From an uncultured Desulfovibrionaceae bacterium (GTDB taxonomy: Bacteria; Desulfobacterota; Desulfovibrionia; Desulfovibrionales; Desulfovibrionaceae): 64,000 nt of DNA. The stretch covers positions 3,048 to 67,047 of the forward strand of contig CAYJHH010000001.1 of NCBI GenBank assembly GCA_964369995.1. The letters run 5' to 3'. Position numbers and translations under genes: made by a program. Positions 42,865 through 52,069 of this stretch are shown piece by piece (position 1 is the stretch's first letter; every line of letters begins with the position of its first letter). Under the pieces are notes generated by a model. It saw nothing but the letters and a program-made list of their open reading frames with translations, was not told where the DNA came from and did not search any database.

Positions 42865-42906
42865 AAAATAAAAAAGGAGCCATCTACTACTTGTAGATAA
42901 CTCCTT
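42865..42906 (-). terminator. Intrinsic terminator downstream of tRNA-Arg
   Basis: On the minus strand: AAGGAGTTATCTAC-AAGTA-GTAGATGGCTCCTT followed by TTTTTATTTT. Confidence 0.55.
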
Positions 42907-42914
42907 AAAATATA

Positions 42915-42991
42915 TGGCGCGCCCAGGAAGATTCGAACTCCCGACCAAGAGCTTAGAAGGCTCCTGCTCTGTCCAACTGAGCTATGGGCGC
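42915..42991 (-). tRNA. tRNA-Arg (anticodon UCU)
   Basis: The reverse complement reads GCGCCCATAGCTCAGTTGGACAGAGCAGGAGCCTTCTAAGCTCTTGGTCGGGAGTTCGAATCTTCCTGGGCGCGCCA. It folds by hand into a cloverleaf with a 7-bp acceptor stem, D arm GCTC/GAGC, anticodon loop CTTCTAA, a GTTCGAATC T-loop, and an encoded CCA. Confidence 0.9.
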
Positions 42992-43137
42992 GTGGTGGTA
43001 TTCCTATCCTTTCATAGCATTATGGTCAAGCATAAAATATCATCTTTTCATCTATAAAATATAATTTGCTAATATATTTAAAAAAATAGCATTATAAAAA
43101 AGCTGACAGCGTGGCTAAGTTCTGTCATAACAAGGCC

Positions 43138-44406
43138 ATGTTTACAAATTATGCAGACGTTTGTCATTATTTACATACCAAAGGGCTTTTTCATATGGAT
43201 TTAAGTCTTGCACGCATCAAGGATGCTTTGCGAGAATTACATCTCACACACCCTTCTTTTGTGGTGGTTCAAGTTGTAGGAACCAATGGTAAAGGTTCCA
43301 CGTCCACTTTTTTAGAGTCCTTAGCGCGCGCTCACGGGCTACGTACGGGGCTTTTTACCTCCCCACATTTTGTGACACCAAGCGAACGTATTCATGTGGA
43401 TGGTCATCCCTTGCCCCACGAACATTGGCCAGAGTTAGCACAGCAAGTATACCATGCGGCTCCTAATCTTACCTATTTTGAATTTCTCACCGTGCTTTCC
43501 TTCTTGGCTTTTAGCAAAGCAAAGATAGACATTGCCATCATGGAGGCTGGTCTTGGTGGGCATTATGATGCCACCACAGCCCTCACTCGCCATGCCCTTT
43601 GTATAACGCCCATCAGTCTTGACCATGAAAGCATCCTTGGTGCCACAGTTTTGGCCATTGCCACCGACAAAGCGCATGCTATGGGAGAAAATATGCCTGT
43701 GTTTTTGGGTGAGCAAGAGCCCTCGGTGAAAGATTTCTTGTACACTTTTGCCAAGAAGCGTAAGGCGCATATCTACCCCACGCAAAAAGAGCTCCTCCTC
43801 CCGCAGCAAAAACTTGGCTTGCAAGGCTCTCACCAAAAAGAAAATGCCCTTTTAGCCCTCACCGCTTGGAAGCATCTCGCAAAGCAATATGCTTGGCCCT
43901 GTGAAAGCAGCAATAGGCAAAAAGGATTGGCACAAGCCTTTATTGCCGGAAGATTGCAACATATTCACAGTGAAGAAAAAGAACTTCCACAGCACTTGCT
44001 TCTTGATGGAGCTCACAATGCTCACGGCCTTGAAAGGCTACTTAACTATGTGGAAAGCTTAGCTCAAAAACCAGTAGCAATCATCTTTTCTTGCCTTGCC
44101 GATAAAGATACTCAAGGCATGCTCCCTTTATTAAAAAAATTGCACCTTGCATGCCACCATTGCCCCTTATACTTAACGGACATACAGCATAACGATCGAG
44201 CTCTCAATCCTGAAGAAAAACTTTCTCTACTCCAAGAACTTGGTAATTCAAGTAAAAATGCCTCCAGCCTTGAGGCAACCCTTGCCCTGGCGCGTACAGA
44301 GCTTACTATAAATACATCACAAGGCCCTGTACTTTTATGCGGCTCTTTGTATTTATTGGGAGAATTTTTTGAAAAATATCCGCATTATTTATTAAAAAAC
44401 GCCTAG
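43138..44406 (+). CDS. folC: Dihydrofolate synthase / folylpolyglutamate synthase
   Basis: Mur-ligase P-loop VVQVVGTNGKGSTSTF and SPHFVTPSERI are typical of FolC. The start is the ATG at 43138 (the track's GTG at 43111 is possible). Confidence 0.85.
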   Translation: MFTNYADVCHYLHTKGLFHMDLSLARIKDALRELHLTHPSFVVVQVVGTNGKGSTSTFLESLARAHGLRTGLFTSPHFVTPSERIHVDGHPLPHEHWPELAQQVYHAAPNLTYFEFLTVLSFLAFSKAKIDIAIMEAGLGGHYDATTALTRHALCITPISLDHESILGATVLAIATDKAHAMGENMPVFLGEQEPSVKDFLYTFAKKRKAHIYPTQKELLLPQQKLGLQGSHQKENALLALTAWKHLAKQYAWPCESSNRQKGLAQAFIAGRLQHIHSEEKELPQHLLLDGAHNAHGLERLLNYVESLAQKPVAIIFSCLADKDTQGMLPLLKKLHLACHHCPLYLTDIQHNDRALNPEEKLSLLQELGNSSKNASSLEATLALARTELTINTSQGPVLLCGSLYLLGEFFEKYPHYLLKNA

Positions 44407-44420
44407 GAAATATACCCATT

Positions 44421-45824
44421 ATGCAAAATCTCTTTCGCGCTCTTCCTTCCATGGATGTTTGTTTGCAAGCTTTAACAAAAGAAGCCTCTCTACAAGATGT
44501 TCCTCGACCGCTCATACATGGAGCCGTAGAAAATTTTTTAAATAACCTACGTCTTGCCATCAAAGCAGGCGAAACATTTCAAGCCCAAGATCTCAGCCTT
44601 GAAGCTGTGTGGCCCCGCCTACTCACCCATGTAATGAAGCACACACGCCCACGCCTGCAACGCACACTCAATGGTACAGGCGTAGTCATACATACCAATA
44701 TGGGGCGCTCTGTGCTCCCCAAAGCCGCAGTGGATGCGATAAATAAAGTTATTGTGGGCTATAGTAATTTAGAGCTTGATTTGGAAACAGGCGGCCGCGG
44801 TAGTCGTCAAGCCTTGGTGGAAGATCTTTTATGCCGCATTAGCGGCGCTGAAGCGGCCATGGTTGTGAATAATAATGCCGCCGCCGTTCTCCTTATTTTA
44901 GACGCCTTGTGTAAAGGTGGTGAAGTGATTGTCTCCCGCGGACAATTGGTGGAAATTGGCGGCTCTTTCCGTATTCCCGAAGTCATGGAGCGCAGCGGTG
45001 CCACATTACGCGAAGTGGGCACCACCAACCGCACACATCTTAAAGATTATGAAAAAGCCATCAATGAACACACCGTGGCACTTATGCGCGTGCATACGTC
45101 CAATTATCGTATCATAGGTTTTCATAAAGATGTAGCCTTGCCTGAATTGGTGGCCCTTGGCAAAGAACGTAACTTACCTGTTATTGAAGACCTTGGCAGC
45201 GGCTCTTTACTAGACTTAAGCCCCTATGGCTTACCTGATGAGCCCACAGTACAGGCCATAGTACAAGGCGGCGCCCATGTGGTAAGCTTTTCTGGGGATA
45301 AAGTACTAGGAGGCCCTCAAGCCGGTATTATTGTGGGTAAAAAAGATTTATTAGAACGCATGCGTCAAAACCCCTTACATCGCGCTTTACGTTGCGACAA
45401 ATGCACCTTGGCTGCCCTTGAGGCCACCTTACGTATTTATACCGACCCGCAGCAGGCGCTCACGCACATCCCCACCTTACGTATGATTACCAGTAGCCCA
45501 CAAATACTAGCACAAAAAGCTCAAGCCCTACTTGAACTTTTACAGCAGCATTTTGCACAGGGCCTAGAGATGCACCTTAAGGAAGCTTTTTCCCGCGTGG
45601 GGGGGGGATCCTTTCCTGAAAGAGATTTACCCACCACTCTTGTGTGCATAAAACCCAAAGATTTTTCTGCAACCACATTAAAAAATACATTATTATGCAC
45701 GCACCCCCCTTTATTGGGGCGATTGGAAGAAGATGCTTTTTGCCTTGATGTACGCACTTTGGACCAAGAAGACTGGCCGGAAGTGCTTATGGTCATACAA
45801 GATGCACTTAACCGTATAAAGTAA
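44421..45824 (+). CDS. selA: L-seryl-tRNA(Sec) selenium transferase
   Basis: NGTGVVIHTNMGRS and FSGDKVLGGPQAGIIVG (PLP lysine motif) are SelA hallmarks. The size of 467 aa fits. Confidence 0.9.
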   Translation: MQNLFRALPSMDVCLQALTKEASLQDVPRPLIHGAVENFLNNLRLAIKAGETFQAQDLSLEAVWPRLLTHVMKHTRPRLQRTLNGTGVVIHTNMGRSVLPKAAVDAINKVIVGYSNLELDLETGGRGSRQALVEDLLCRISGAEAAMVVNNNAAAVLLILDALCKGGEVIVSRGQLVEIGGSFRIPEVMERSGATLREVGTTNRTHLKDYEKAINEHTVALMRVHTSNYRIIGFHKDVALPELVALGKERNLPVIEDLGSGSLLDLSPYGLPDEPTVQAIVQGGAHVVSFSGDKVLGGPQAGIIVGKKDLLERMRQNPLHRALRCDKCTLAALEATLRIYTDPQQALTHIPTLRMITSSPQILAQKAQALLELLQQHFAQGLEMHLKEAFSRVGGGSFPERDLPTTLVCIKPKDFSATTLKNTLLCTHPPLLGRLEEDAFCLDVRTLDQEDWPEVLMVIQDALNRIK

Positions 45825-45850
45825 AAAATAGAATTGATAAGGATACCTTC

Positions 45851-47251
45851 ATGAAAAAAGACCCAAAAAATAATTTACAATATACCCCGCAATCTTGCTG
45901 GGAAAGATATGCCAGCACTGCAGAAGATCAAAAAGCACTTATGAAGCTTGCCAAGCGTTACGTGAAATTTTTATCTCGCTGCAAAACAGAGCGCGAAACC
46001 ATTGACTATGTACTCGAAGTTTTAGCAGAAAATGGCTATAAAAAAGAAGGTATTCACGCGGATACTGCGCTGATACCCTTTCGTCATAAAACCCTTTTTG
46101 TAGCCAAAAAAGGCGCCTTACCTTTAAGTAAGGGTTTACATCTTATTAGTGCTCATACTGACACCCCCCGTTTGGATTTTAAGCAACGCCCTTTCATTGA
46201 ACAAGCCGGCGTAGCGCAAGCTAAAACCCACTATTACGGCGGCATTCGAAAATATCAATGGTTAGCACGGCCTTTGGCCTTGCATGGCATTGTGGTGCGC
46301 GCTGATGGCTCTTCGGTGCATGTGGTTTTGGGCGAAGAAGCTGACGAACCTGTATTCACCATTGCTGATTTATTACCTCATTTGGCACAAAATCACGTAA
46401 AACAAACCATTGCTGAGGGTTTTGACGCCGAAAAGCTTAATATAATCTTGGGACATAAACCCAAAGCCAGCGGCCAAGACGATGAAAAAAGCAAAGAAAA
46501 AGATCCCATCAAGTGCCACGTACTAGAAATTTTACATGACAAATACAATATTTGTGAAGAAGATTTCATCTCCGCTGAGCTTCAGGCTGTTCCGGCCGGC
46601 CCTGCGCGTTTTGTGGGCTTAGATAAATCCCTCATTGGCGGCTTTGGGCATGATGATAGAGTTTGCGTTTTTGCAGCTCTTGAGGCTTTCCTTGCTGTGC
46701 CTAACCCCAAGCATACCACAGCTCTTATCCTTTGGGATAAAGAGGAAATCGGCTCTGAAGGTGCCACCGGTGCCAATTCTCGCTTCTTGCAATACTGCAT
46801 AGAAGATTGCCGTGAAGCATGGGAAAAAGATGCCAAATTAGGGCATATTATGTTACAAACTAAGGCTCTTTCTGCCGATGTGGCGGCAGGTTTAGATCCT
46901 GATTGGCAAGAAGTGCACGAAAAACAAAATGCCGCTGTATTAGGCTATGGCCCTTGTTTTTCTAAATTCACCGGCGCTCGCGGTAAAAGTGGCGCCAGTG
47001 ACGCCGATGCTGAGTTGGTGGGCTATATGCGCGGGCTGCTTAATGCCAAAAACATTCCTTGGCAAATGGCAGAATGCGGTAAGGTAGACCTTGGCGGCGG
47101 CGGCACTGTGGCTTTATTCCTCGCCTCCTATGGTATGCAAGTCATTGACTGCGGCCCCGCGGTACTTGGTATGCACAGCCCCTTTGAGCTTATATCTTGC
47201 GCAGACCTTTGGGCCACGGTGGATGCTTATACTGCCTTTTTGAAGGATTAA
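45851..47251 (+). CDS. M18-family aminopeptidase
   Basis: SAHTDTPRLDFK, GHDDRVCVF and the C-terminal MHSPFE motifs are typical of M18 aspartyl/aminopeptidases. 466 aa. Confidence 0.8.
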   Translation: MKKDPKNNLQYTPQSCWERYASTAEDQKALMKLAKRYVKFLSRCKTERETIDYVLEVLAENGYKKEGIHADTALIPFRHKTLFVAKKGALPLSKGLHLISAHTDTPRLDFKQRPFIEQAGVAQAKTHYYGGIRKYQWLARPLALHGIVVRADGSSVHVVLGEEADEPVFTIADLLPHLAQNHVKQTIAEGFDAEKLNIILGHKPKASGQDDEKSKEKDPIKCHVLEILHDKYNICEEDFISAELQAVPAGPARFVGLDKSLIGGFGHDDRVCVFAALEAFLAVPNPKHTTALILWDKEEIGSEGATGANSRFLQYCIEDCREAWEKDAKLGHIMLQTKALSADVAAGLDPDWQEVHEKQNAAVLGYGPCFSKFTGARGKSGASDADAELVGYMRGLLNAKNIPWQMAECGKVDLGGGGTVALFLASYGMQVIDCGPAVLGMHSPFELISCADLWATVDAYTAFLKD

Positions 47252-47259
47252 GCGTATTG

Positions 47260-47563
47260 TAAGCATTAACTACTTTAGTCGACACTGAAAAACAACTTAA
47301 CTATCAGTAAAAATAGAACTTATAAATCAAATAACGTAATAAAGATTGCCGGAAATAAACGTATGGAATACGTTTTCTGGCAATCTTTAGACATAAGAAA
47401 TGCTTTTTTCAGATGTCGACTACTCAAGACATGCCCTTGGCATGGCTTGCCGCGCGTAAAATAAGCCGGAATTTACTTCCGGTGGCCCCGAAGGGGTATT
47501 TGGAGCAGGCGTGCCTTTCTTAAAAACGAGTGGAAACACGTTTTTAAGCATTAACTACTTTAG
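47260..47563. repeat. 19-bp direct repeats flanking a 266-bp highly structured insert (MITE-like element or ncRNA)
   Basis: TAAGCATTAACTACTTTAG occurs at 47260-47278 and 47545-47563. The interior has GTCGACACTGAAAAA / TTTTTCAGATGTCGAC inverted repeats and several hairpins: AAAGATTGCCGGAAATAAACGTAT..ATACGTTTTCTGGCAATCTTT, CATGCC..GGCATG, CCGGAA..TTCCGG, CCCC..GGGG. Confidence 0.5.
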
Positions 47564-47576
47564 ATAATATATTCAT

Positions 47577-47615
47577 AAAAAAAGCTATTAAATTTTAGAT
47601 TTAATAGCTTTTTTT
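47577..47615. terminator. Bidirectional intrinsic terminator
   Basis: AAAAAAA-GCTATTAAAT-TTTAG-ATTTAATAGC-TTTTTTT, between the convergent aminopeptidase and NlpC/P60 genes. Confidence 0.65.
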
Positions 47616-47657
47616 GTGAATTATCACCATATTATATGTTTGTTATTTATGGAAATA

Positions 47658-48224
47658 TTAAGAATCTTCTTGCTTTTGTGCAGATTCATGTTGCTCCAAA
47701 AGCTCTTCTGCAGCCTCAAGCTCTTCAGGCCCAAGTTCTGCCACACGGCGCGTGCCTATATAATACTTGCTAAAATACGACACGTCCATATCGCTTATGC
47801 GTATATCTTTATTACGCCGCGGACTGTGAATAAATTTCCCTTCCCCCAAATAAATACCTGTGTGGTATACTCTTCCGCGGCGAAAAGCTACAATATCACC
47901 CACTTGTAAGTCTTTCTTACTTTTAACAGCTTCACCTACTTTAGCTTGATCTTGTGCTCTGCGAGGCAATTTTACCCCGGCATGCTCATACACCCATTGT
48001 ACAAAACCTGAGCAATCAAAACCTTGTGGCGAAGTGCCACCGGCTCTATACATGGTGCCTAGCATACTCTCTGCTTTGGGAATAATAATGGCTTTTTCCA
48101 CGTCTTCTTTTTTCTCTGCTTGTAAAGCGGGGGCAATGACATCTGTTTTTTGCGCACAACCTGCGCCAAACATTATACAAGTACAAAGAAGTATTTTACT
48201 AAGGAGTTTGGTAGTATTTTTCAT
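47658..48224 (-). CDS. NlpC/P60 family lipoprotein (cell-wall peptidase)
   Basis: Lipobox IMFGAGC, and YRAGGTSPQGFDCSGFVQWVY containing the catalytic Cys motif of NlpC/P60. Confidence 0.85.
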   Translation of the reverse strand: MKNTTKLLSKILLCTCIMFGAGCAQKTDVIAPALQAEKKEDVEKAIIIPKAESMLGTMYRAGGTSPQGFDCSGFVQWVYEHAGVKLPRRAQDQAKVGEAVKSKKDLQVGDIVAFRRGRVYHTGIYLGEGKFIHSPRRNKDIRISDMDVSYFSKYYIGTRRVAELGPEELEAAEELLEQHESAQKQEDS

Positions 48225-48309
48225 AAGCGATGAAAATACGCTTGCCCTACACCTTTGTCAAGGAGAGGGCTACACAAAAGGTTGCTTATACCCTATTTCA
48301 TTAAAGAAA

Positions 48310-49527
48310 TTAAACATGTAAGCCTGCTAAATGCCCGCTAGCAAAGGCCCAGTGCAAGTTATACCCGCCCAATTGACCTGTTATATCAAGCAATTCTCCC
48401 ACCAAAAATAAGCGCTCTTGCAATAAACTTTCCATACTCCAGGCATTTACGTGTTCCACCAATACGCCACCTCGCGCTGCTTCTGCTTTTTGCATGCCCC
48501 CTCTTTTTTGTGGCACAACACTATAAGCATGCACACAAGCATGCAATTCTTTACGAACCTTACGTGAAAGCTCGGCAATTTTACGGCGCGCCCAAAGTTC
48601 AGGCAATAAAGCATCCACCAAACGCTGTGGCATATGCCGACAAAGCAAGGTACGTACAAAAAGCTTACCGCACTCTGGCGCATCAAGCAGCTCTTCTAAG
48701 GAAATATGTGGTAAAAAATCTATAAAAAGAGGTTGCCCTTCTTGCCAATGACAAGAAGCCTGTAGCACAGCCGGCCCACTTATGCCTGTGTGCGTAAAAA
48801 GCAAAGCCTCCTTATGCGTAAAGTCATGGGGCATATCCGCTCTTTGCACCCGTATGGTCACAGGAAGACTTATGCCGCTCAGGCCAGATAATGCGCTTTG
48901 CGGCGGTAAATGTAAGGAGGTAAGCACAGGTGTAAAAGAACGTGCTTGATGACCAAATTGCGCTGCCACTTGTAAGCCATGAGAAGTGGCGCCAATATGC
49001 GCCCAAGCAGGTGAGCCCAAAGCCACCACAAGACTTTGCCCTTGCACGGTAGACGCAAAAGCGTTGGCATCCGTGAGCGAAACCGTATAAAGGCCTTGGG
49101 AAAAAGAAATTTCACCCAAGGTATGCTCTAGTAAAAATGTACAAGCAAATTTTTCACATTGCTGCACCAATGAGCGCACAAATTCTTTGGCCGAAGTGGT
49201 ACCAAAAAGCTGACCATGCTCGCGCTCTTCCCAGCACAGCCCCTGTTGCATCATAAAATCCAATATATGCTTTGGCGTAAAAGCCTCCAAAGCTGGCTCA
49301 GTAAAAAGGGGCTCTTCTCCGAAGAAAAAATCTGGCGACATATGCACATTGGTAAAATTCGCCTTACCGCCGCCGCTAATGGCTATTTTCTTTCCGGCTT
49401 TGGCATTGTGATCCACCAAAAGTACTTTTCTTCCGCGTTTTGCTGCGGTCATGGCACACATGAGGCCACTAGCTCCGGCACCCAAAATAATTACATCATA
49501 GAAGGATTCTTTTTCTTGTTTCATCAT
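48310..49527 (-). CDS. HI0933/BaiN-like FAD flavoprotein
   Basis: YDVIILGAGASGLMCA (dinucleotide-binding motif) and ISGGGKANFTN (family motif sGgGrcNvTN). 405 aa. Confidence 0.8.
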   Translation of the reverse strand: MMKQEKESFYDVIILGAGASGLMCAMTAAKRGRKVLLVDHNAKAGKKIAISGGGKANFTNVHMSPDFFFGEEPLFTEPALEAFTPKHILDFMMQQGLCWEEREHGQLFGTTSAKEFVRSLVQQCEKFACTFLLEHTLGEISFSQGLYTVSLTDANAFASTVQGQSLVVALGSPAWAHIGATSHGLQVAAQFGHQARSFTPVLTSLHLPPQSALSGLSGISLPVTIRVQRADMPHDFTHKEALLFTHTGISGPAVLQASCHWQEGQPLFIDFLPHISLEELLDAPECGKLFVRTLLCRHMPQRLVDALLPELWARRKIAELSRKVRKELHACVHAYSVVPQKRGGMQKAEAARGGVLVEHVNAWSMESLLQERLFLVGELLDITGQLGGYNLHWAFASGHLAGLHV

Positions 49528-49649
49528 GGCCGAGCTATACCCGAGCTTTTGGCAAATGCCAAGACTAAAGCTGAGTACACACTTTTTACAAAAGGTCTCA
49601 AGTACTCTGGAAATTTTTTAAAAAATATCTAGAAAATGAGCCCCACGCC

Positions 49650-49679
49650 TTGACAGCTTCACCAACTAGGGAGTATTTA
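49650..49679 (+). promoter_or_regulatory. Candidate sigma-70 promoter for the DHH gene
   Basis: TTGACA (49650-49655), an 18-nt spacer, then TATTTA (49674-49679), about 75 nt upstream of the ATG at 49753. Confidence 0.35.
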
Positions 49680-49752
49680 GTGAGGACATACAAACATATT
49701 TTCACGTTGCTTTCTCTTTATAAATTTTTAACTGCTTCTCTCGGAGATTTAC

Positions 49753-50679
49753 ATGGCATCTCAATATCGTTTAGTAACTCGTAGTGACTTTGATGGTCTT
49801 GTTTGCGCTGTATTGCTCAAGCAAATCGGTCTAGTTGGCGATATTCTTTTTGTGCATCCCAAGGATGTGCAAGACGGGCGCATTGAACTGAGCAGTTCGG
49901 ATATTACCACTAACCTTCCTTACAGCCCTTATGTGCATGCCTGCTTTGATCACCACTTATCTGAAACATTGCGTTCCACCACTCCGGCAAGCAATCACAT
50001 TATCAACGCTAAAGCCCCTTCCGCAGCTCGTGTGGTTTACGAACACTTTGGCGGCAAAGAGCGCTTCACCAATATCTCCGATGATATGATGGAAGCTGTG
50101 GATAAATCAGACGCCGCCGACCTTACCATGGATGAGATTTTAAATCCTAAAAACTGGATTTTACTCAACTACATCATGGATCCACGCACCGGCCTTGGTC
50201 GTTTCCGCGATTTTCGCATCAGTAACTATGAATTAATGATGAAGCTCATCGGTCTTTGTACAGAGCTTCCCATTGAAGAAATCATGGAAGATCCAGACGT
50301 TCTTGAACGCGTACAATTGTACAATGATCACAAAGAGAAAGCCGAAGCTCAGCTTAAAAATTGCACCAATATTGTGGGTAACCTTATTGAACTTGACCTG
50401 CGCGAACAAGAAACCATTTGGACAACTAACCGCTTTACCTTGTACGCTCTTTTCCCAGAGTGCACCATCTCCACACATATTTTGTGGGGCTTGCAAAAGA
50501 AAAATGTTGTTTTTGCTGTGGGTAAATCCATTGTTAACCGCGCTTCCCAAATTAATATCGGGGAAATTATGCTTAGCTATGGCGGCGGCGGTCATAGAAA
50601 TGCCGGCACCTGTCAAATTCCTTTGGAAGATGCCCCTAAAGTACACGAAGAATTACGTGTAAAATTGCAAGATAAATAA
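49753..50679 (+). CDS. DHH/DHHA1-family phosphoesterase
   Basis: SDFDGLVCA (motif I), CFDHHLSE (the DHH motif) and GGGGHRNAGT (the DHHA1 GGGH motif). Confidence 0.75.
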   Translation: MASQYRLVTRSDFDGLVCAVLLKQIGLVGDILFVHPKDVQDGRIELSSSDITTNLPYSPYVHACFDHHLSETLRSTTPASNHIINAKAPSAARVVYEHFGGKERFTNISDDMMEAVDKSDAADLTMDEILNPKNWILLNYIMDPRTGLGRFRDFRISNYELMMKLIGLCTELPIEEIMEDPDVLERVQLYNDHKEKAEAQLKNCTNIVGNLIELDLREQETIWTTNRFTLYALFPECTISTHILWGLQKKNVVFAVGKSIVNRASQINIGEIMLSYGGGGHRNAGTCQIPLEDAPKVHEELRVKLQDK

Positions 50680-50702
50680 TACTAGCCTTACTTATAATAA
50701 TA

Positions 50703-50734
50703 AGCCCTGAAATTCATCTTTCAGGGCTTTTTTT
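50703..50734. terminator. Bidirectional intrinsic terminator
   Basis: AGCCCTGAAA-TTCATC-TTTCAGGGCT followed by TTTTTTT and preceded by an A-rich run. It lies between convergent genes. Confidence 0.7.
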
Positions 50735-50758
50735 ATATACAATACAAACAACTGAAAT

Positions 50759-52069
50759 TTACGAAAAGAACGAACCCTTTTTATACGCATGGTGCAAACG
50801 CTGTAAATCCATACCAAAACTTGCGGCAAGCAAAATACATTGATTGAAAAAAGTCACCTTCAAAGAACCATGTTCTTGCCAGCGCCTGCCCGAAGTCACC
50901 AAAGGAAGAGGCAAAGGTATGAGTTTTCCTTGCTTACGAACCGCCTTGGCCAAAAGCACATCTTCTAAAATAGGCACATCCGCATAGCCTTGTACCTTAA
51001 AAAAGTCCTGTTTACGCATAAAAAAGCCTTGATCACCATAAGGCTTATGCAAATATTGAGCACGCATATTGGTGCCCCATGTGAGAAGGCTTTTCCCAAA
51101 AAAATCTCCAGATACAGCAAATTGAAAATAGCCTAAAGAAGGTTCCTCTGTTGCCCCTTGTGAAGGGTGTAAGGCTTGGCGCACAGCCCTGTCCCATTCA
51201 GGAGGTAGCAAAGAATCTGCATGTAAAAAAAGTACAATATCCCCTTGAGCTTTGGCAGCAACAAAATTCATTTGACGCGCTCGCCCTCTTTGCTCTGGAG
51301 GACACAAATACACCGTGGCACCAAGATTTTGTGCCAGAGAAGCCGTGGCATCAAAACTACCGCCATCGGCCACAAGCACCTCCACTCCAAAGGCCTGTTG
51401 CGCACTATGAATGGCTCTGGCTATATGCTTTTCTTCATTATATGCAGGAATAATAACAGAAATTGTGGGCGGAATATCACAAGCATAATCCACATCCCCT
51501 AAGACGGGCAAAAGGGCATAGTGCGGCACTTTATGCAAGGATTCAGCTAACACGCTACTGCTTCCCCAAGATATATGGGTAAAAAGCTGAGGGTGCGGCT
51601 GAGTTAATCCCACAAGATAATAGCCACCATCACTGGCAGGTCCAAAAACACAAGGGGCATCATCAAGGGCTTGCACAGCTTTGTGTATATTAGCTTTTCT
51701 GTTATCCGGACAATCGGCTCCTATAACGATAACCTTTTGCGCCCCTTTGGCAAAGGCTAGCTCAAAAGCATATTGCAAGCGCTGCCCTAGGTCGCCTTGC
51801 CCTTGCTCTTCATACACAAGCCCTTCCCCTAGCCACTCTTGCATTGCCTGCAAGCAAGCGCCGGTATAGTGCACATGCACCTCATGAGGCGTAAAAGCCA
51901 TAGCCTCTTGAATTTGCCCTAGGGTGAATTCCGTCATTTTTTGTTGTAATTGCGCTGCAGCCTGCGCACCTATGCCGGGAATAAGCCTTGTTTTGGTACT
52001 TCCCGGTTCAGGATAACGCGTAAAAAGAATAAAAATAACTTTTTCTGCATACTTTTGCATATTACACAT
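50759..52069 (-). CDS. Fusion of DUF2064-type transferase and family-2 glycosyltransferase
   Basis: The N-terminal half has FTRYPEPGSTKTRL (DUF2064/CofC-like nucleotidyltransferase fold). The C-terminal half has ISVIIPAYNEEKHI ... FLHADS (GT2 motifs). Confidence 0.7.
   Translation of the reverse strand: MCNMQKYAEKVIFILFTRYPEPGSTKTRLIPGIGAQAAAQLQQKMTEFTLGQIQEAMAFTPHEVHVHYTGACLQAMQEWLGEGLVYEEQGQGDLGQRLQYAFELAFAKGAQKVIVIGADCPDNRKANIHKAVQALDDAPCVFGPASDGGYYLVGLTQPHPQLFTHISWGSSSVLAESLHKVPHYALLPVLGDVDYACDIPPTISVIIPAYNEEKHIARAIHSAQQAFGVEVLVADGGSFDATASLAQNLGATVYLCPPEQRGRARQMNFVAAKAQGDIVLFLHADSLLPPEWDRAVRQALHPSQGATEEPSLGYFQFAVSGDFFGKSLLTWGTNMRAQYLHKPYGDQGFFMRKQDFFKVQGYADVPILEDVLLAKAVRKQGKLIPLPLPLVTSGRRWQEHGSLKVTFFNQCILLAASFGMDLQRLHHAYKKGSFFS

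Larger units (their letters stand above)
1..42914. mobile_element. Lambda-like siphovirus prophage; integrase end cut by window edge, other end abutting tRNA-Arg
   Basis: Uninterrupted phage gene set (integrase, excisionase-like HTH, CI/Cro-type divergent switch, ParB-methylase, primase, P4/D5 helicase-primase, GpA terminase, portal, S49 protease, gpD/gpE-like head genes, lysis cassette, G/GT frameshift, tape measure, distal tail genes). Housekeeping genes start right after the tRNA at 42915-42991. No att repeat is visible inside the window. Confidence 0.85.

Noticed and set aside
42510-42866. 118-aa minus-strand ORF between the helicase-primase gene and the tRNA
   Set aside because: The sequence is Cys/Trp/Phe/His-rich and implausible, with no SD or recognisable HTH. 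It may hide a shorter regulator, but I cannot support one.
47279-47544. Structured intergenic insert considered as a known housekeeping RNA (RNase P RNA, tmRNA, 6S, SRP RNA)
   Set aside because: I could not find the signature motifs of these RNAs: no GAGGAAAGUCC-type RNase P box, no tRNA-like end or tag ORF, and no SRP GGAA tetraloop domain. It is reported only as an unclassified repeat-flanked element.
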